A stretch of DNA of 64,000 bases from Neoechinorhynchus agilis (Eukaryota > Animalia > Acanthocephala): assembly GCA_051530055.1 (NCBI GenBank), contig JBMGUZ010000005.1, forward strand, positions 62,001 through 126,000. Reading direction: 5' to 3'. The notes below the pieces were generated by a model that worked only from the letters and a program-made list of their open reading frames with translations, was not told where the DNA came from and ran no database searches. The translations under genes and the position numbers were made by a program. Below are positions 58,695 through 64,000 of the stretch, in pieces (the stretch's first letter is position 1; each line of letters begins with the position of its first letter).

Positions 58695-61600
58695 GAGTTT
58701 AATTCATCGTCTGAACATTATTTTCTGATCGACATGAAAAAATGCAAAAATATTGATTTGTTATTGATTAGGTTTCGATTTGTAGTAGGACATAACGCGT
58801 TTTATTAATAATGCGATCAAATTGGCATAAATTTATGTTCATTGGTACACTCGAAAGTGTTCGACCGGTTGAGATAATGTATTTTTTAACAGCAATAAAT
58901 AACTTTAGCACTAAACTGTAAAGACCTTTAGAGTTTGTTGAAGCAACAAAGATAAATGAAGCGTTAATGTAATCTTTCTGGCGAAAAGCTAAAGTTATAA
59001 AACCTTTTGCGTAAATGCTAGAATTGGTTTTTGGAAATATGAATTCATTTCCTTCAGGATGTCGATGCTTCGCGGTCACATTGACACCTTCAATGTCCGT
59101 TTTCATCCCGAATTGTGGAATTGAAACAAACAGAAATCTTCATCGATGGATACAAAACTTTTCTTTAATTTTTTTCGTTGCCCTCTGAAGCGTCCGAGCG
59201 GACACTGTACTCGTCATTGGGCTTTGGCCTGAGGCCGCAACTTACTGTAAATTGTTTCGAGATAGAAGTGAAAGTTAGAAAGTTGTTTTTCGCAGTGAGA
59301 GTTCGTTAGCGAAAATCGATACTCTTTTGATGTTCTTTGAAAAGTGAGCCTTACCTTAACTCACGGAGAAAAACTTCTTGCGCTCTTCGCTATCTATGAA
59401 CTCGTCAATAAACACCTTACCTTGAAAGTTGCGACGAATCCAACAGAGCTTAAAAGACTAAAATTATAATTAATTTTTACCTTTCAATACAAGTATATTT
59501 GAATCTTTGCCAAAAACCAGAGGGAGTGAAATATAAAAGTCGTTAAAATAAATCGTGTATTCAAAAATTAACTTCATTGGGGTTGAGTCAAGAGTTTTCA
59601 TCGCAAATTCTACTTAGTATACAACGCCTATGCTTTTCCGAGGCAATAAAAAGAATTAACGATATTCTTCAGGTCATTTCAATCCAATGGTCGTCTTTCA
59701 AGGAAAATAACTACAAGACCGCTTTTTTAGACATATTAGAATATTTCACAGCGAAACACGAAAGCTTGAAAATCTTTTTCTACGATCGTTGGACAGCATT
59801 TTATTAAAAATCGATAGAGACTTCTTGTTCGAAGAATGAAATGATGGATAAGCAATAGAAAGCTCAGGAAAATATTATTGCTGCCATCAAAATTCGCATT
59901 CGATGCCCTAAAGTGTTGAATGGAGCTTTCGAGCATCGTCGTATCCGAATTTAATGGCAATACTTAAAGTGATTTAATGATCAAGAATTACCAAACGATC
60001 CGGTCATCTTTAAAAAATCATTTATATGAAACATTTTTCTTACAAAATGTAAATAGTTTTTATTCGACGAAATGATTAAAACGTATCAAATGATAAATTA
60101 AGATGTAGAACAAAGTAATTCTAATTTACAGCTTTGTCGGCCTTTGAGAACGGCGTTGCCTCTGCATAACAAAACGTGCGCGGAAGGTCAAGTAATTTAA
60201 AAATTAAATTTTTGTAGAACCGTTAGAAAATGTTGTGTCCCTTTATCAAAGATATTGCAATTATTTTATTTTTTTGAAGTCTGGTCAGCCGGTAAATTTT
60301 ATCCAGTTTCTACGTGGGGCCTTTTTACGGTTTATATCGGTGGGCTGCGTGCCCAAGGAAAATTATCAGCAATGAAAAAGGCTACACATAGATATTTTAT
60401 TTTATATTTGAGCACTGATTTTGATCACGGCTGTTTAAAAAGAAACTCAAATCAATAGATGAGTTGATTTACTTTTTAAAATATTTTCAATTTTCCATGG
60501 TATTTATCATAAGCACTTACTTTGAATAACTGCACTCGTAGAGATCAATAAATCGTTGTTTTACAATCTTGTTTTACTTTATTCGATTAGAAAATAGTTT
60601 TACGCGGCCAAGTTTATTTCGACAATTTGATGTTTGATTTGAAGAAGTCTTGCCTTCACTGGATCTTATGTCAAGCAGAATTGTAGATGAATGTAAATTC
60701 ATATGTACTTTATCGATTTATTTTTTCTTTACATTACATTAGGCCCATTACATGTCATCCGGACGCTGGCAGCGTTCCATCGCTGGACCGCCAGACTCAA
60801 GTTTTGTCGATAGAAAGTGATTGACTGCGGCTCCTTCGTCGCATTCGCGATACGTCGCCCCAGTTCAATCACGAATTCCGCTGCGGCCTGTCCGAATGCC
60901 CCGTAAGTCTCTACTCCGAAAGGCAGCGGCAGAGATTATTTGGCTCCAGGATGCAGAGCGCATGAATCGATCTCAGCGCTCGACTTATGATAGCATTGAT
61001 TTCAGCATGGCGGGGAAAACGTCCTGGGGACAGTTTACATGGGAGTCCCTTGGTGTCCACTGTGACACCACATCGACATTTATGAGCGACGCAAATGTCC
61101 ATTCCGAATCTGAGACAGTAAGCAATACGGAAGGTCTCATCATCCAGCAAAGTGCCCAAATTTGAGGATGGTAGAGCATCAAGCCAGGCTCCAGATTCTT
61201 TGGTCGAACAAGCAGCGAGACGGATCCCAGCCATTTTATCCATCTGGTCTTGTAATTGAGATTGAACCCGATGAACGAGTGGAGAATCCAACGCTTGCTG
61301 TTTGTTGCTTTCTCCAGGTATCTGTGTTTGCCAGCTTAATGTTGTCCAATTTCACAAAAGCTCGATCGAAATGCTCCGCGTTGACCTCATTAAAAATATT
61401 AGTTGAGTACTTAAGACTAGCACAAATGGAGGCAAGGAAAGCCGGTAAAGTGACATCTTTAGTCTGTAGTAGTCCGGAACCCCCACTTAATGTCGGTAAT
61501 GTAGCTTGTCTCCATGATGTATCGTCAGAGGCGATGTTAAGCGTTTTCTCCAGCTCATCGCAAAATAGGCAGTCCAATTTATCGAGGTCGTCCGTGTTGT

Positions 61601-62611
61601 CGAAGGCAGGAACAGTCCTTAGTTTGTGCAGGAGCTTAGGCATGAAGAGGCAGTTCTTTATCAAGAAGATTGCTTCATGGCTCTTCAAATCCGATGTTCT
61701 CTTGCATATCAGCTTTAGCTCTGAAGCGGTCATTTCAATATCCTTTGGAAGATTCTCCTTCATCACGCAAGATCCCAATAGACGAAGCTTACTAAGATTA
61801 ATGGTTTCTATTCCTAGTGCAACCGATGAAAACTCATCCAATATAATTGGCTCGTTTTTTCCCTTCATGTTTAGCAGCAGAATTTGGCACTTTGCGAAAT
61901 TGAGTTGCAACCCCAGTTCTTTGGTTTTTTCTACGAGTATTTTAAAATCGTCCAGAACTATTGCTGCTACGTTTGTCGTTGTCGGACTTTACATCGTTGC
62001 CGAAAACTAACTGTTAGTGAACTTTTCAAACTTTCAGCGCTTGCTTTATTCTCAAAAATATGAATTTTGGACGCATTATCCATTTTTTATTTTTTAAAAA
62101 CCTATTGTTAGTCGTCGTATGCGCTTTTGAAGAACTTCGGAATCGTTTTTAGATTCTAATAACCAAGAAATAAGCGTTTACGTTTTGATTTTTAATTTTT
62201 TTGTCAGTTCAAACCTTAAAATAATTATGTTCTTTACGTAACATTCAAACGCATTGCTTTTGGCTAATTTCAAAGCGATAATCGATGTTTTATTCTTTGA
62301 ATGCCGAATAAGTTTAAAGGGTAAATACGGACCGCTATGCCAAATTCGACGTTTCGGGTTTTATGGACTTTTTCTTCCCATTTACACCAGCAAATAAAAT
62401 AGAACAACAGTGCAATATTCTTCGTCCGTTTAACGATCCAAAATTAATGGTGAAATCTTTTGAACCAGACAAATAATTTATTGCTTCCGGTTTTTTTATC
62501 GTTATGTTTGTTTATGGTGGAAATTGTGAAGGAGTTTTATTAAATCCCATAAAAGGAGCTCCGTTCAAAGGCCTAGATTTTTGTATCTACACGACGAAAG
62601 CTGAATCATTA
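58695..62611 (+). repeat. Segmental duplicate of 23185-27381 (A, C, CRE family 2, kinase 3' flank)
   Basis: Collinear; the offset is exactly 35230 over the distal 1.65 kb, ending at GCTGAATCATTA. Confidence 0.95.
60715..62000 (-). mobile_element. CRE-clade family 2, duplicate copy with ~200 bp deleted from the RLE
   Basis: Same translation as 26006-26680. The segment DGKRPD..DATCVDT (about 25498-25695 in the other copy) is missing. Confidence 0.9.
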
Positions 62612-62700
62612 AGCTCCATGGTGAAGAAACGAGATGAATATGAAAGCTAACAGAATTACCCTCACGAATGTTTGCCAACCAAACAAATTTGAAAGAAGAA

Positions 62701-63408
62701 CTAAAGAACGCAAATAAGCTCTAAGGAGAGGCACCAATGCCAGTTCCGCGATGCTGAACCATTTTGAGCAACAAGGCAAGGTTCCAAGGCTGTTGGCGTC
62801 TTAGAAGCTTCAGTCGTAATTTCCATTTTCTCGATTGATACATAGGTCGTTCTTAAAGATTCGGTAGTTGTTATTTCTGTAAGCTCTAGCGAGGTCGTTT
62901 TAATTGACTCGATATCCAAACTTCAATTCGTCGTTCGGCGGTCGTCAAATATAACCTTTGGTTTCACATCGGCGCCTTTGAGTATCGATTTATGCTCTAT
63001 TCCTTCAGTCTTCGGCTGAGCAGGAATCCCAGTAATGCTCACTCCTTTGACTATATTCTTTGTGTTTTTCTGAGACGGTACCTCTGCTTTGCTGGCCTGA
63101 GATGGCAATGTTTGTGCTTCATATCCCTTGTAACTTTTATTCCACCTTGATTGATAATTTTGATTCCACCAGTTATTTCCACATGGATTTGGGCCAAAAT
63201 CGTACGACGGAGAATTTATCAATGCTGCACTTGGAGACGCCGAACTCTACTTTTTTGCCAAAGATTTAGAATCGCCAGTTGAGCTTCTCATCTCGATTGC
63301 TTCGGTTCCTAGCGAAAATCCTACTTTAATTCGCGATTCCATTCCAGGTACTGATTCACCAGACGAAGCGATCGGAGGATCCTTCTCGAGGAGAAATGTA
63401 GCTAAAAT
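62701..63408 (-). pseudogene. Interrupted reading frame for a Ser/Thr-rich, possibly GPI-anchored protein
   Basis: About 236 codons in one frame with two internal stops (TAG at 63247-63249, TGA at 62923-62925). A Thr/Glu-rich stretch is followed by NGSAS and a hydrophobic tail; an AG acceptor lies at 63409-63410. Confidence 0.35.
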
Positions 63409-63849
63409 CTTTTAAGATAACTCGATGGTCTTTTTGTGTGAGTGTTTCTTATGTCTTGAACGACATCAGCAAACAACATTTCTAAGTCGCTTTTGTTACG
63501 ATTTGCGCATTTTAAAAATTTTATTGCTTTTTAATTTTACTTTAAACAAGCCTCATACATACATTACAACAAAATTAACACACACATCGTCCTTTTTCTG
63601 ATACATTTTATAAGAATTTCCGTAAGCGTTGATCAAGGCAGAAGAGCAAGACTAAATGTTGGATTAATATCAAATCTCTCAGTGTTTCTCTGCTGTCTTT
63701 AGAAATATTTTAAGAGGGATCCAGTGCAATAAGGCTAAGAATCAAGCGCGAGACTTCTCAACTTCTCGCTTCTGATAGTCGATATGCCCGCTTCATCACT
63801 GATCAATAGTAAGTATTATCGGATTATTTATCTGTAAAAACAGCAGAGC

Positions 63850-64000
63850 CCACTTTTACATACCCTCGAGGAGGGGAAAGGAGAAGAAAGCGAGGGCGAT
63901 ATGTTCGACAAAGATAAGATGAATCAACCAAATCGATCAAAGAAGAAGAAAATGGAAATTGAAGTGAGGATCAACGGATTACGATGCACCACGCAATTCG
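63850..64000 (+). mobile_element. Probable Gypsy gag-protease junction running off the window
   Basis: MEIEVRINGLRCTTQF resembles RINVQINGIQITMEYDTG at 39.26-39.31 kb; the catalytic DTG would lie just past base 64000. Confidence 0.45.

Overview
Eukaryotic, AT-rich, transposon-dense DNA, probably from an invertebrate with very short GT-AG introns (35-50 nt seen). I found no rRNA, tRNA or CRISPR array. The first 16 kb holds three recognisable host genes: a minus-strand protein ending in a divergent Ran-binding domain (567 open codons running off the left edge, missed by the ORF track), a 913-aa single-exon MARF1/limkain-b1-like RRM plus LOTUS ORF with no NYN nuclease domain in view, and a spliced C2H2 zinc-finger gene. 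The rest is a shuffled mosaic of segmental duplications and decayed retroelements: two CRE-clade families with restriction-like endonuclease (RLE), LINEs with an apurinic-type (APE) endonuclease, RTE-like LINEs, Penelope-like elements (PLEs) and Ty3/Gypsy pieces, plus PKA-like kinase pseudogenes. Best leads: (1) an unrecognised acidic 281-aa ORF with three PPGF motifs, intact in two duplicated copies and much less diverged than the flank I compared; (2) a 147-bp tandem array of about 12 units grown from a PLE reverse-transcriptase (RT) coding segment inside the element; (3) four minimal hammerhead-ribozyme motifs; (4) MARF1 abutted by a LINE and bracketed by 76-bp inverted repeats; (5) a 69-bp-arm hairpin. 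All alignments and counts were done by eye and family calls rest on recalled motifs; no database search was run. Transposon and duplication boundaries are approximate.
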